In this document: piece after piece, positions 9,630-18,485 of the stretch
Layout: every line of letters starts with the position of its first letter
Numbering within the stretch: the first letter of the stretch is position 1
Source of the DNA: Bacteroidota bacterium
GTDB lineage: Bacteria; Bacteroidota; Bacteroidia; Chitinophagales; LD1
Assembly (NCBI GenBank): GCA_018267365.1
Contig: JAFDYQ010000014.1
Coordinates: 10,897 to 74,896 of the forward strand
Direction: 5' to 3'
DNA: 64,000 nucleotides
Notes under the pieces: generated by a model
The model's input: the letters and a program-made list of their open reading frames with translations, nothing else
Database searches by the model: none
What the model was told of the DNA's origin: nothing
Made by a program: the position numbers and the translations under genes

Positions 9630-10145
9630 TCAGTTGAGATACCAGACGCTCCCATTCAGCACAGAGGCAAAGGATACCCACGCAATATACGGCAGGAAAC
9701 AGTAGACTGCCGCGCGGCTCACGGGCCACGCCGCTATACAAAAAGCGATCATAGACAGGAGTAGTATCAGGATCTCACCCAGCGATATGCCCAGCAGGTG
9801 AAACTGAAAAAACAAAAAGCTCCAGATAGTATTGAGCAGGAGCTGCACCGCAAAAATGGTGATAGCCCGCGTGCGCTGCTGAGATGGTGCTGCGCGTATC
9901 AGCAGGTACAGAGATACCGCCATCAGTGTATATAGCAGTGTCCATACCGGGCCGAAGAGCCAGTTTGGTGGCTGGAAAGAAGGTTTATGTAGAGAGGCAT
10001 ACCAGGTAGGTATATTGGGGATGGTGGCTATACTGCCCAGCCCGCCAGCTGCCTGGCAGAGCACCAGGCAACCTATGAAGATGCCTGCATTCCTAAACCA
10101 GGGTTTAGATTCATGCGTCGTATTGTATGATGATAGAGTACTCAT
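9630..10145 (-). CDS. tspO: TspO/MBR family tryptophan-rich sensory protein
   Basis: Five-TM protein with the TspO signature WYASLHKPSFQPPNWLFGPVWTLLYTLMA and many Trp residues. The start is taken at the internal ATG (MSTLSSY...). Confidence 0.85.
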   Translation of the reverse strand: MSTLSSYNTTHESKPWFRNAGIFIGCLVLCQAAGGLGSIATIPNIPTWYASLHKPSFQPPNWLFGPVWTLLYTLMAVSLYLLIRAAPSQQRTRAITIFAVQLLLNTIWSFLFFQFHLLGISLGEILILLLSMIAFCIAAWPVSRAAVYCFLPYIAWVSFASVLNGSVWYLN

Positions 10146-10200
10146 AATAATTGATTTGATATATATCCTATCAACTACTATGCCCCGGGTTTTGTTCGCC

Positions 10201-10632
10201 TCAGCGGGTCTGCCCTCTGTGGATTTTCCGGGCATATTTGCCCCAAAGTACGGCACCCGGTATAGTGAGACCGAGACTGGCGGGTATCATCAGCACTCCT
10301 ATGACCCCCGCCACAGTAGTATACTGACCAGCCTGTCCATATTGGTTGTATCGGGTCTGCTTGGGTGCTGTGGCGTAGAGCGCGATGCCGGTGGCCAGTA
10401 CCCCTATACCTGCTACTGTCAGGCCTATACCGGTGTTTTTCTTCCGTATAAATTTATCAGGTACATGATAGCGGGTACTGTGACCATTGAAGGAGGTGAT
10501 AGTACCGTCCTCTTTGTCACTGCGTATCACGGAGTGTGGCCGGCCCTGTGTGCGATAGGGTAGCGTATCCTGCGCCTGAAGGGATATACTTGCTATCAGG
10601 CTTAGAAATATAAAAAGGAAAAATGCTCTCAT
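10201..10632 (-). CDS. Hypothetical secreted/membrane protein (143 aa)
   Basis: Signal peptide MRAFFLFIFLSLIASISLQAQ and two C-terminal Gly-rich hydrophobic segments. Sits 36 nt downstream of the kinase gene on the same strand. Confidence 0.55.
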   Translation of the reverse strand: MRAFFLFIFLSLIASISLQAQDTLPYRTQGRPHSVIRSDKEDGTITSFNGHSTRYHVPDKFIRKKNTGIGLTVAGIGVLATGIALYATAPKQTRYNQYGQAGQYTTVAGVIGVLMIPASLGLTIPGAVLWGKYARKIHRGQTR

Positions 10633-10668
10633 GATGGTATATGTGCAAATATACCTATTCCATCAAGG

Positions 10669-11931
10669 CTATACAATGGGTGCGGAGATCTTGGGCAGGC
10701 TAAAGTAGAAGACTGCGCCTTCGTCCACTTTGCCGTTAGCCCAGACTTTACCGTTATGCTTGGATATGATACGGTTTACGATAGCCAGGCCTACTCCCGT
10801 GCCTTCAAATTCGCTCCTATTGTGCAGGCGCACAAATACGCCAAAGAGCTTGGCCGCAAACTTCATGTCAAACCCGGCACCATTGTCTTTGACATAGTAC
10901 ACGATGCTGGTATCTGTCTCATAGCAGCCTATCTCTATCTGAGGATTATCTTTTTTGCGGGAGTATTTTACAGCATTGGAGAGGAGATTGGCCCATACAT
11001 GTTTGATCAGAGATGAGTCGCACACAGCGCCGCGTAGCGGGTGTATATGTATCTGAGTGGCCAGAGCCGGATCTTCGGTGCTCATCTGATTGATAGTGAG
11101 CCGTGCTACATAGTCCATATCTACCTCCATCAGGTTTACAGCCTCCTTGTCCAGCCGGGATAGGTTTAGCAGATCGTCTATCAGCGCACTCATATAGCGC
11201 GTACTCTCCAGTATGGCATCTATAAACTCGCGGGCATCAGGGTCATGCTCTTTGGCTGTAGACAGCAGGCGGGTGTAGCCATTTATGATCCGGAGCGGGG
11301 CGCGCAGGTCATGAGATACGGAGTAGGAAAAAGCCTCCAGCTCTTTATTGCTACGCTCCAGCTGAGCCGTGCGTTCTCGTATCTTTTGCTCCAGAGATTC
11401 ATTGAGCTTGTGCAGCTCCATTTCCACTGCTTTCTTGTCGCGGTCATCGCGCGCCACGCAGTATATCAGCTGGTCCTCCTCGCTCCAGCGGCCAGACCAT
11501 GCCAGGCTCACTATACTGCCATCTTTGGCTATGTAGCGGTTTTCAAAGTTGCGACAGTTCAGCCCGTGCATCGCTGCGCGCCTGATAGAGACAGTGCTAC
11601 TGACATCTTCGGGTACTACAAACTCGGTAGTATACCGCCCCAGCATCTCCTCAGGAGCGTAGCCGAGCATACGCCTGCAGGCAGGACTCACGCTTACAAA
11701 CCGGCCATCTGCATCTATGGCGCACAGCATATCCATAGAGTGTGCAAAGAGGCGCTGCTCCATGCTCTGAGACCTGTCTGGCAGGGTATCCATAGTACGG
11801 GCAGGGTCGGGTCCTATCCACCGCAGCCGCACTCGCTGGTCAGAGGCGGGGTAGGCCTCGATGTGCAGCTGGCCGGTGTCCTCACTTGTCAGGGTCTCCC
11901 TGAGAGGGACGGGTATAGTAGCATTCTTCAT
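10669..11931 (-). CDS. PAS domain sensor histidine kinase (no adjacent receiver)
   Basis: PAS core (FVSVSPACRRMLGYAPEEMLG), a coiled linker, the H-box FSYSVSHDLRAPL, and HATPase N, G1 and G2 motifs (NAVKY, DNGAGF, GTGVGL). Confidence 0.85.
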   Translation of the reverse strand: MKNATIPVPLRETLTSEDTGQLHIEAYPASDQRVRLRWIGPDPARTMDTLPDRSQSMEQRLFAHSMDMLCAIDADGRFVSVSPACRRMLGYAPEEMLGRYTTEFVVPEDVSSTVSIRRAAMHGLNCRNFENRYIAKDGSIVSLAWSGRWSEEDQLIYCVARDDRDKKAVEMELHKLNESLEQKIRERTAQLERSNKELEAFSYSVSHDLRAPLRIINGYTRLLSTAKEHDPDAREFIDAILESTRYMSALIDDLLNLSRLDKEAVNLMEVDMDYVARLTINQMSTEDPALATQIHIHPLRGAVCDSSLIKHVWANLLSNAVKYSRKKDNPQIEIGCYETDTSIVYYVKDNGAGFDMKFAAKLFGVFVRLHNRSEFEGTGVGLAIVNRIISKHNGKVWANGKVDEGAVFYFSLPKISAPIV

Positions 11932-11967
11932 AAACTATCAAGGGGTTATGGTTTTTTTAATGAGGGA

Positions 11968-12336
11968 TCAGGCGGCAGGGCTCAGATCCCTGATCACAGC
12001 GAGACGCTCAGGGTGAGAGGCCAGCAGCTGGTCCAGAAACTGAGCTCCCTGCTCCAGCTTCTGATGCTCAGATATGAATTCAGAGTAGGGGCGGGTGCCG
12101 TATTTGCGCAGTGTCTCCTCTGTGATAGGCACATCTGTAGAGAGAAGGTAGTGCAGCTGCACATTCATGACCTCGCAGAATCTCATGAGCGTGTCTATTC
12201 GCGGGCTGCCATTGCCCTGCTCCAGAAAGCTGAACGCTTGCTGCGTGATATTCATAGAGGCGGCTACGGCGGCTTGCTTCCAGCCCATCAGTTCCCTCAG
12301 TTTCCTCATTCTCGGTGCTACATTGACTGTGATCAT
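11968..12336 (-). CDS. XRE-family helix-turn-helix transcriptional regulator (paralog B)
   Basis: PRMRKLRELMGWKQAAVAASMNITQQAFSFLEQGNGSPRIDTLMRFCEV... is paralogous to the product of 7346..7744. The gene ends 36 nt upstream of the kinase gene on the same strand. Confidence 0.8.
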   Translation of the reverse strand: MITVNVAPRMRKLRELMGWKQAAVAASMNITQQAFSFLEQGNGSPRIDTLMRFCEVMNVQLHYLLSTDVPITEETLRKYGTRPYSEFISEHQKLEQGAQFLDQLLASHPERLAVIRDLSPAA

Positions 12337-12398
12337 CTTTGTTGTTTTTTTGGGGTTAGGTAAAATAATTTTGTTGTGTATAGCGTATTGCTAATCGC

Positions 12399-12417
12399 GT
12401 GCCTCCGTTTGGCACGG
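12399..12417. promoter_or_regulatory. Operator-like motif GTGCC-N7-GGCAC plus shared TTTGGCACGG
   Basis: Lies 63 nt upstream of the XRE paralog B start. It is the counterpart of 7801..7816. Confidence 0.4.
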
Positions 12418-12724
12418 TATATAGCCAGATGCCATGAAACCCTTGATATGACTACGTTTCAGGATAAATACAAAATCCATCTTGTGTGCTCCCAACCACC
12501 CAAAATACTGCCAAAATGGAAAAGGGGCCTATCGTTTCGGGCGTAATACGATGGTCTGCGAAACAACGCGTACAATAGCCTCTTTGTGTCACACAAGGTT
12601 TACTATAATCAGGGTGGTATGAAAAGCTAACACAAGACTAACCGACAGATTATCTTCGCTCACCTCTATAGGCAGATTTGATTAGGTGTTCTGTCGTTAT
12701 TAGCAGACCTTAGATGGTATTTCT

Positions 12725-13720
12725 ATGACTGTCAGATACAGGAGTGTTCTTACGCAGGTACTCGGAGGTGTAGCCTTTCTGGCTATCCCTATCTTCTTTT
12801 CCCCGGAGCTGGGCCGATCCTTTCATTTTCTGACGGTACCGTATTTTCAGCGCGATTTCATGACCTATGCGCTGCTATTGGTATTTTTTTATATCAACTA
12901 TTATGTACTGGTACCGACGCTATATTTTGAGAAGAAATATATACAGTTTACCGGAGTGCTTATCCTCTGGTACCTCGGGGTAGCCTATCTGCCGGTGATA
13001 CTCATACCCGCTACTCCGCCGCCGGGGCATTTTCCACATCATCATGGTATGGCCTTTCTGCATCATTTTTCGCAGTTTCTCGTCGTATTGCTTTTCAGCA
13101 CTATGCTGAAGATCAATAACCGGTGGAAAGAGACAGAGCGCCAAAAGCTGACGGCAGACCTCTCATTCCTCAAGGCGCAGGTCAATCCACATTTCTTTTT
13201 CAACTCGCTGAATAGCATCTACTCACTAGCCCTGCAGCGCTCTGACAGGACGGCCCAGGCTGTAGTGAAGCTCTCAGGTATGATGCGCTATGTGATAGTA
13301 GACGCGGCTATGGACCACGTCTCTCTGGACAAGGAAATACAGTACATAGAAGACTACGTAGAGATGCAGCGCGTGCGGCTGGGAGAGACCATGTCTATGA
13401 GCTACCGGGTAGATATCTCTACGCCGGGGCTGCAGATAGCACCGCTCATCCTCATACCCTTTGTAGAAAATGCCTTCAAGTATGGTGTAAATCCCGAGGA
13501 GGACTCTCCCATACGACTGGAGATCAGCACCAGCGGGCGCAATCTGATCATGATACTGGAAAACAGAAAGGTGGTCAGGAGCCTGGGTGAGAACCTACGC
13601 GGTGGCGTGGGCATAGTGAATGTGAGAAGCAGGCTGAAGCTACTCTATACGGGCAAACATGATTTGCTCATCAAAGAAGATACCGATAAATTTAGCGTAT
13701 ACCTATCCATCACTTTATGA
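12725..13720 (+). CDS. LytS/YehU-type sensor histidine kinase (His_kinase family)
   Basis: N-terminal TM segments, then the signature LKAQVNPHFFFNSLNSIYSLA and an HATPase-like C-terminus. Its stop overlaps the LytTR regulator start (ATGA). Confidence 0.85.
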   Translation: MTVRYRSVLTQVLGGVAFLAIPIFFSPELGRSFHFLTVPYFQRDFMTYALLLVFFYINYYVLVPTLYFEKKYIQFTGVLILWYLGVAYLPVILIPATPPPGHFPHHHGMAFLHHFSQFLVVLLFSTMLKINNRWKETERQKLTADLSFLKAQVNPHFFFNSLNSIYSLALQRSDRTAQAVVKLSGMMRYVIVDAAMDHVSLDKEIQYIEDYVEMQRVRLGETMSMSYRVDISTPGLQIAPLILIPFVENAFKYGVNPEEDSPIRLEISTSGRNLIMILENRKVVRSLGENLRGGVGIVNVRSRLKLLYTGKHDLLIKEDTDKFSVYLSITL

Positions 13721-14412
13721 TCAGAGCTATAGCCATAGATGACGAGCCACCTGCGCTGGCAGTGATAGAGGCCTTCTGTGCCCAGACAGATTTTATCACG
13801 TTGGAGCGGACCTTTACAAAGCCTGCAGAGGCACAGAAGCACTTGAGCAAGTTTCCGGTAGACCTGATCTTTCTGGATATCCAGATGCCGTCTCTCTCCG
13901 GCATTGACTTTTACAAAGGATTGAAGCAGGACCTGATGGTCATATTCACTACCGCGTTTTCAGAATATGCCGTGGAGGGTTTTAACCTCAATGCGATAGA
14001 CTACCTGCTTAAGCCCTTTACCTATGAGCGTTTTCTGCAGGCTACTCTGAAGGCCAATGAATACTATAACTACCGCAATAACACGGGATCTTCTGTCATG
14101 CAGCAGTACCTATTCGTACGCGCAGACTACCGGCTGGTCAAGATCACTGTATCAGATATACTCTATATCGAGGGTCTGGATGATTATATCAAAATATTCA
14201 TCCAGGACCAGAAAACAGTGGTGGCACGAATGACCATGAAGAGTATCCTGGAGAAGCTGCCTGCCCGGGAGTTCGTACGGGTGCACAGGTCTTATATCAT
14301 CTCACTGCGCCGCATAGATACTGTACGCAATAAAGTGATCTACACTGCAGATAAGGAGATACCTATAGGTGGCATCTACGAGGATGAGTTTTTCCGGCAG
14401 TTCAGGAGATAG
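13717..14412 (+). CDS. LytR/AlgR family response regulator (REC + LytTR DNA-binding domain)
   Basis: Receiver motifs (IDDE, DLIFLDIQMP, KP). The C-terminal LytTR pattern is ILYIEGLDDYIKIF ... FVRVHRSYIISL. Confidence 0.9.
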   Translation: MIRAIAIDDEPPALAVIEAFCAQTDFITLERTFTKPAEAQKHLSKFPVDLIFLDIQMPSLSGIDFYKGLKQDLMVIFTTAFSEYAVEGFNLNAIDYLLKPFTYERFLQATLKANEYYNYRNNTGSSVMQQYLFVRADYRLVKITVSDILYIEGLDDYIKIFIQDQKTVVARMTMKSILEKLPAREFVRVHRSYIISLRRIDTVRNKVIYTADKEIPIGGIYEDEFFRQFRR

Positions 14413-14516
14413 TTTATCACTACGCGCCATCCTGTCCCGGCGCAGTGCAGACATCGGCCATGTAGGGACCGGCACTGCAGGATTGCCTCATTTTACTAAT
14501 GATGAAAGTAGACCCG

Positions 14517-15287
14517 CTACATCTTAAACAGGTCTCCCCACAGCCGCTGACCGCCGTCTATATAGACCGTTTCACCTGTGATATAGCTGGCCATCGGGCT
14601 GGTGAGGTAGAGCGTCAGGTATCCTACCTCCTCTATCGTGCCGAGCCGCCTGGCCGGTATAGATTCTTCTATCCCTTGCAGAAACTCAGGCGGGTAGTTT
14701 TCGAGGCCTGTAGACTTGATGATACCGGGTGCCACGGCATTGATCTGGATATTGTAGCGGCTCCACTCTACAGAGAGGCTCATGGTCAGATTTTCCACGC
14801 CGGCCCGTGCAGCACCAGTGTGTGTCATAGCGGGGAAGCCGCGATAAATATTAGCTATGATATTGACCACACGGCCGGCCCTGGCGGGTATAAAGAAAGT
14901 CTTGGCCATGATCTGGGTCACATACCAGGTGCCATTGAGGTTGTTATTCACTACTGCATTCCAGCCCTTGTAGCTGATATCCTCTGCAGGCGAGGGAAAC
15001 TGCCCTCCGGCATTATTGATCAGAATGTCGAGGCAGCCTTCTTTCTCTTTTATATCGGCAGCTACTTTTTCTATCTGCTCCGGATCGCGGATATCCATCA
15101 CCACATAGCGGCACGGCCCGAGCGGGGCGAGCCGCTCCAGCGCCGCCTTGAGTTTCTCCTCTTTGCGCGAGGCGATTATCACCGTCGCGCCCAGTTTTAA
15201 ATATTGCTCTGCTATGGCATACCCTATGCCGCTGCCGCCACCTGTGACCAGCACCACCTTGTTTTGGAAGAGATCGGATTGAAACAT
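14517..15287 (-). CDS. SDR family oxidoreductase (enoyl/dienoyl-CoA reductase-like)
   Basis: Rossmann motif TGGGSGIG, an NNAG motif and an SDR-type catalytic region. 256 aa. Confidence 0.8.
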   Translation of the reverse strand: MFQSDLFQNKVVLVTGGGSGIGYAIAEQYLKLGATVIIASRKEEKLKAALERLAPLGPCRYVVMDIRDPEQIEKVAADIKEKEGCLDILINNAGGQFPSPAEDISYKGWNAVVNNNLNGTWYVTQIMAKTFFIPARAGRVVNIIANIYRGFPAMTHTGAARAGVENLTMSLSVEWSRYNIQINAVAPGIIKSTGLENYPPEFLQGIEESIPARRLGTIEEVGYLTLYLTSPMASYITGETVYIDGGQRLWGDLFKM

Positions 15288-15442
15288 ATGATGAAGATAA
15301 AATTGATAACGGAAACTTGAAATGGAGATCGCAGTGGCGCAAGAGAAAGTTTCACAATCAGATAAAGCGTCGGTGAGGCAGTGTCTGAGCCTTGTGCACT
15401 CACTGTCAGGAAAACTATGATCCGGTAAATCAGCAAATCTCC

Positions 15443-15450
15443 TACATTTG
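15443..15450 (+). promoter_or_regulatory. Candidate -7 promoter box TACATTTG
   Basis: Exact TAnnTTTG match only 5 nt upstream of the hldD ATG, which implies a leaderless or near-leaderless transcript. Confidence 0.35.
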
Positions 15451-15455
15451 CCCGT

Positions 15456-16427
15456 ATGATAGTAGTGACAGGCGCAGCAGGCTTCATAGCCGGCAATCTG
15501 GTGAGAGCCCTACTGAAGCTGGGCATCACGGATATGCTGCTGGTAGACCGATTCCCGGAGGATCGCTACTCGGCCAAGTACACCAATGTGGAGGACCTGG
15601 CAGGACTGGAGCGTATGGATAGGGATGTCTTTCCGGAGTGGTTTACAGAGCATGCCGCTGAGGTGTCTTTTGTCTTTCACCTCGGGGCGCGTACTGATAC
15701 AGGGGAGTTTGACTTTCGCGTGCTGGACTCGCTAAATCTATCCTACTCCAAGACGCTGTGGGAGATATGCACCGTACATCAGATACCGATGGTCTATGCC
15801 AGCAGCGCTGCTACCTATGGCATGGGAGAGAGGGGCTTTGACGATGATGAGGCCATGATACCACTGCTCAAGCCGCTCAATCCCTACGGCCTCTCCAAGC
15901 AGCTGTTTGATATGCACGTGCTGGCGGGCGGGCAGCGGCCTCCTGTATGGGCAGGGCTTAAGTTCTTTAACGTCTACGGCCCCTATGAGGGCCACAAGGG
16001 GCGCATGGCATCAGTGATCTATCATGCCTACCACCAGATCAGGCAGACAGGGCGGCTGAAGCTTTTTCAGTCTCACGATCCGCACTACAGAGATGGCGAG
16101 CAGCTGCGCGATTTCATCTATGTGAAGGACGTGGTAGATATATTGCTTTTCTTTTATCAGAACCGCCCTGCCAATGGTATCTACAATGCCGGCACGGGAC
16201 ACGCCAATACCTTTATAGAGCTGGCGCAGGGCACCTTTGCCGCCATGGGAGTAGAGCCGCATATAGAGTTTATACCCATACCCGCAGATATAAGAGATAA
16301 GTACCAATACTTTACAGAAGCGAAAATGGATAAGCTGCGCAATGCCGGCTATGACAGGCCCTTCACCACCATTCAGGATGGCGCTGCGAGGTATGTGAAG
16401 TTTCTGTCTGAAGCGTATGTACTGTAG
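15456..16427 (+). CDS. hldD: ADP-glyceromanno-heptose 6-epimerase
   Basis: N-terminus MIVVTGAAGFIAGNLVRAL. Extended-SDR epimerase architecture with the YGLSK catalytic motif. 323 aa. Confidence 0.8.
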   Translation: MIVVTGAAGFIAGNLVRALLKLGITDMLLVDRFPEDRYSAKYTNVEDLAGLERMDRDVFPEWFTEHAAEVSFVFHLGARTDTGEFDFRVLDSLNLSYSKTLWEICTVHQIPMVYASSAATYGMGERGFDDDEAMIPLLKPLNPYGLSKQLFDMHVLAGGQRPPVWAGLKFFNVYGPYEGHKGRMASVIYHAYHQIRQTGRLKLFQSHDPHYRDGEQLRDFIYVKDVVDILLFFYQNRPANGIYNAGTGHANTFIELAQGTFAAMGVEPHIEFIPIPADIRDKYQYFTEAKMDKLRNAGYDRPFTTIQDGAARYVKFLSEAYVL

Positions 16428-16568
16428 ACCGCTCTACACACCTGCGTACCGATATACAAATTTGTTTAGCTGACAGGTCGCTATTCGCTCTCAGGGCATG
16501 ATCTGCCAATAGCAATCTCTGAGCAGATACATGCGTAAAGTCAAAAATGGCCGCCTTTTTGCGTAACT

Positions 16569-16576
16569 TAGGTTTG
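16569..16576 (+). promoter_or_regulatory. Candidate -7 promoter box TAGGTTTG
   Basis: Exact TAnnTTTG match 35 nt upstream of the ATG at 16611. Confidence 0.4.
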
Positions 16577-16610
16577 TGCTACAGGTAAACCTCCCAGGCT
16601 CAGGCCGCCC

Positions 16611-18407
16611 ATGAAGTGCATTTTGCTTCTCATATCCCTCGCGTACTGCTGTGCGCTCAGCGCGCAGGACTCCGGGCGCGTGCGCGTACGTACCACCATC
16701 CGGTTTGACGAGCTGAAAAAGAATCCCAAGATCAAGAAGGCTATCAAGATTTTATCTTTTCTCAATTATTGCGATATCCGGATAGACCGCCCGATAGAAG
16801 ATGCAAAGGCTTTTGAATGCTACAAAGGGAAAATCATACGCCGTCTGGAGGTGGAGGTAGTGTATCCGTACGGTGTGAGCCTCGACTCCCCCTACTACTA
16901 TCACCCTACCAAGCTGCAGGCACGGGCCAATAAGCTACAGTTTAGCACACGTGACCAGGTGATCAAAAATGAAGTCCTTTTTAAGGAAGGGGATAAGGTA
17001 GATCCTCAGCTATTTGCCGATACGGAGCGAAACCTCTGGGAAAAAAATATTTACAAAGACATCCGCATACTGGTAGAGGAGATAGGGGATGATATGGTAG
17101 ATGTGACCATCTTTGTACGTGACAGATGGAATATCGGCTTTCTCACCTCTGCGGGCTACAACTATGTACAGGTAGGCCTGCAGTTCAATAATATTTTTGG
17201 CCTCTCGCAGATATTGCAGGTAGATGGCTCATTCTATTTTAGAAAGTTTGATGCCTACCGCGTGCATCTCAACTATACCTATAACAATATCCGTCATTCT
17301 TTTATCAATGTAGGCCTGGACGGCGCCTATGATATACTCAATCAGAACGGGACGCTGAGTGTGACCAGAAACTTCTACTCCAGCCAGGCCGAGTGGGCGG
17401 GGCGGATGCTGGTCACGGGCAAGCGAAACAACCTGGTGCTCCCCACGGAGGGCGCGGGCTATGCTAACTCATGGGTATCTACCATTTCTCAGGATTTCTG
17501 GCTGGCCAAGTCATTTAAACCGGGAGGAGCCCTACAGCAGAAATACCCCCTGACCAGATTTGTAGTAGCAGCACGCGCGCAGCGCACAGACTATATAGAG
17601 CGGCCGTATGTGACCGGCCCGGGCCATATCATAAACTTTATAGATCAGAATAATATCCTCGGTGCTATGGGTATAGCACAGTGGGATTACTACATAGACC
17701 ACAATGTATATAGCCTGGACAAGGCGGAGTACTTTCCCAAGGGAGTGAGCGCTGCGATCATTGGCGGGTTTCAGATGGATGAGATACTGCAGCGGCGCAC
17801 CTATATGGCGCTGTCGCTGCAGTATGGCATCTCATTTGTCAATGCGGGCTACTATCTCACATATATCAAAGGGGGCGGGTTTGTGAGTCCCCACACCGTA
17901 GACCAAGGTCTCGTCAGCTGGGAAAATACCTTCTACTCCATACCCGTCAAGATGGGTAAATGGAACTGGCGCAGCTTTGTCACAAACAATATCCGGCTGG
18001 GCTTTAGCCGCCCGGACGGACGTGAGCTGATAGTGAATAATAGCACCGGGCTGCGCGGCCTGGGGTCGCTCTACCTGCGGGGTGTACGAACGTACGCATT
18101 CAGCTATGAGGCAGACTTTTATTATACCAGGCCGATACTGGGATTCTCTACCAGTTACTTTGTCTTTGCAGATCTGGCAGTGTATCAGCCGCAGCCGCAG
18201 TACCGGTTTTTTCAGTCGGGTATAGGATTAGGTTTTCGCCTTCGCAATCTGGGTATCGGACTCGGCTTTCTGGAGGTCACACTGGCTTACTACCCTGACC
18301 TGCATGTGCCAGATCAGCGTCAGTTTAGCCTGATGGGGGGCACGATCAGCAATCGTACTCCTGTCAAAAAGGACCTCTTTACCCCCGATATTATCAATGT
18401 AGATTGA
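16611..18407 (+). CDS. Outer-membrane protein, Omp85/BamA-like (POTRA-like segment plus beta-barrel)
   Basis: Signal peptide MKCILLLISLAYCCALSAQ and a POTRA-like stretch (IRRLEVEV ... VLFKEGDKVDPQLFADTERNLW ... VTIFVRDRW). About 400 aa follow with alternating aromatic/Gly beta-strand character. The function call is tentative. Confidence 0.55.
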   Translation: MKCILLLISLAYCCALSAQDSGRVRVRTTIRFDELKKNPKIKKAIKILSFLNYCDIRIDRPIEDAKAFECYKGKIIRRLEVEVVYPYGVSLDSPYYYHPTKLQARANKLQFSTRDQVIKNEVLFKEGDKVDPQLFADTERNLWEKNIYKDIRILVEEIGDDMVDVTIFVRDRWNIGFLTSAGYNYVQVGLQFNNIFGLSQILQVDGSFYFRKFDAYRVHLNYTYNNIRHSFINVGLDGAYDILNQNGTLSVTRNFYSSQAEWAGRMLVTGKRNNLVLPTEGAGYANSWVSTISQDFWLAKSFKPGGALQQKYPLTRFVVAARAQRTDYIERPYVTGPGHIINFIDQNNILGAMGIAQWDYYIDHNVYSLDKAEYFPKGVSAAIIGGFQMDEILQRRTYMALSLQYGISFVNAGYYLTYIKGGGFVSPHTVDQGLVSWENTFYSIPVKMGKWNWRSFVTNNIRLGFSRPDGRELIVNNSTGLRGLGSLYLRGVRTYAFSYEADFYYTRPILGFSTSYFVFADLAVYQPQPQYRFFQSGIGLGFRLRNLGIGLGFLEVTLAYYPDLHVPDQRQFSLMGGTISNRTPVKKDLFTPDIINVD

Positions 18408-18485
18408 TCATCTCCTTTCATGACAATACTATGACAATTCTGGGCAGGCGCTTTCCTTTATTTGCCGCAAAATGTATCCATCTCC

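Noticed and set aside
11245-12363. 372 aa ORF on the + strand spanning the kinase N-terminus and XRE paralog B
   Set aside because: It is entirely antisense to two genes with clear domain signatures. Its translation is low-complexity (Leu/Arg/Gln/His-rich) with no motifs. It is a shadow ORF produced by codon bias.
14425-14475. Apparent inverted repeat CCTGTCCCGGCGCAGTGCAG ... GTAGGGACCGGCACTGCAGG between LytTR and the SDR gene
   Set aside because: The halves turn out to be mostly direct rather than complementary; only GTCCC/GGGAC pairs. I could not draw a convincing terminator or a full copy of the 49011 palindrome.
14499-15200. 233 aa ORF on the + strand
   Set aside because: It is antisense to the SDR oxidoreductase, which has a clear TGGGSGIG Rossmann motif.
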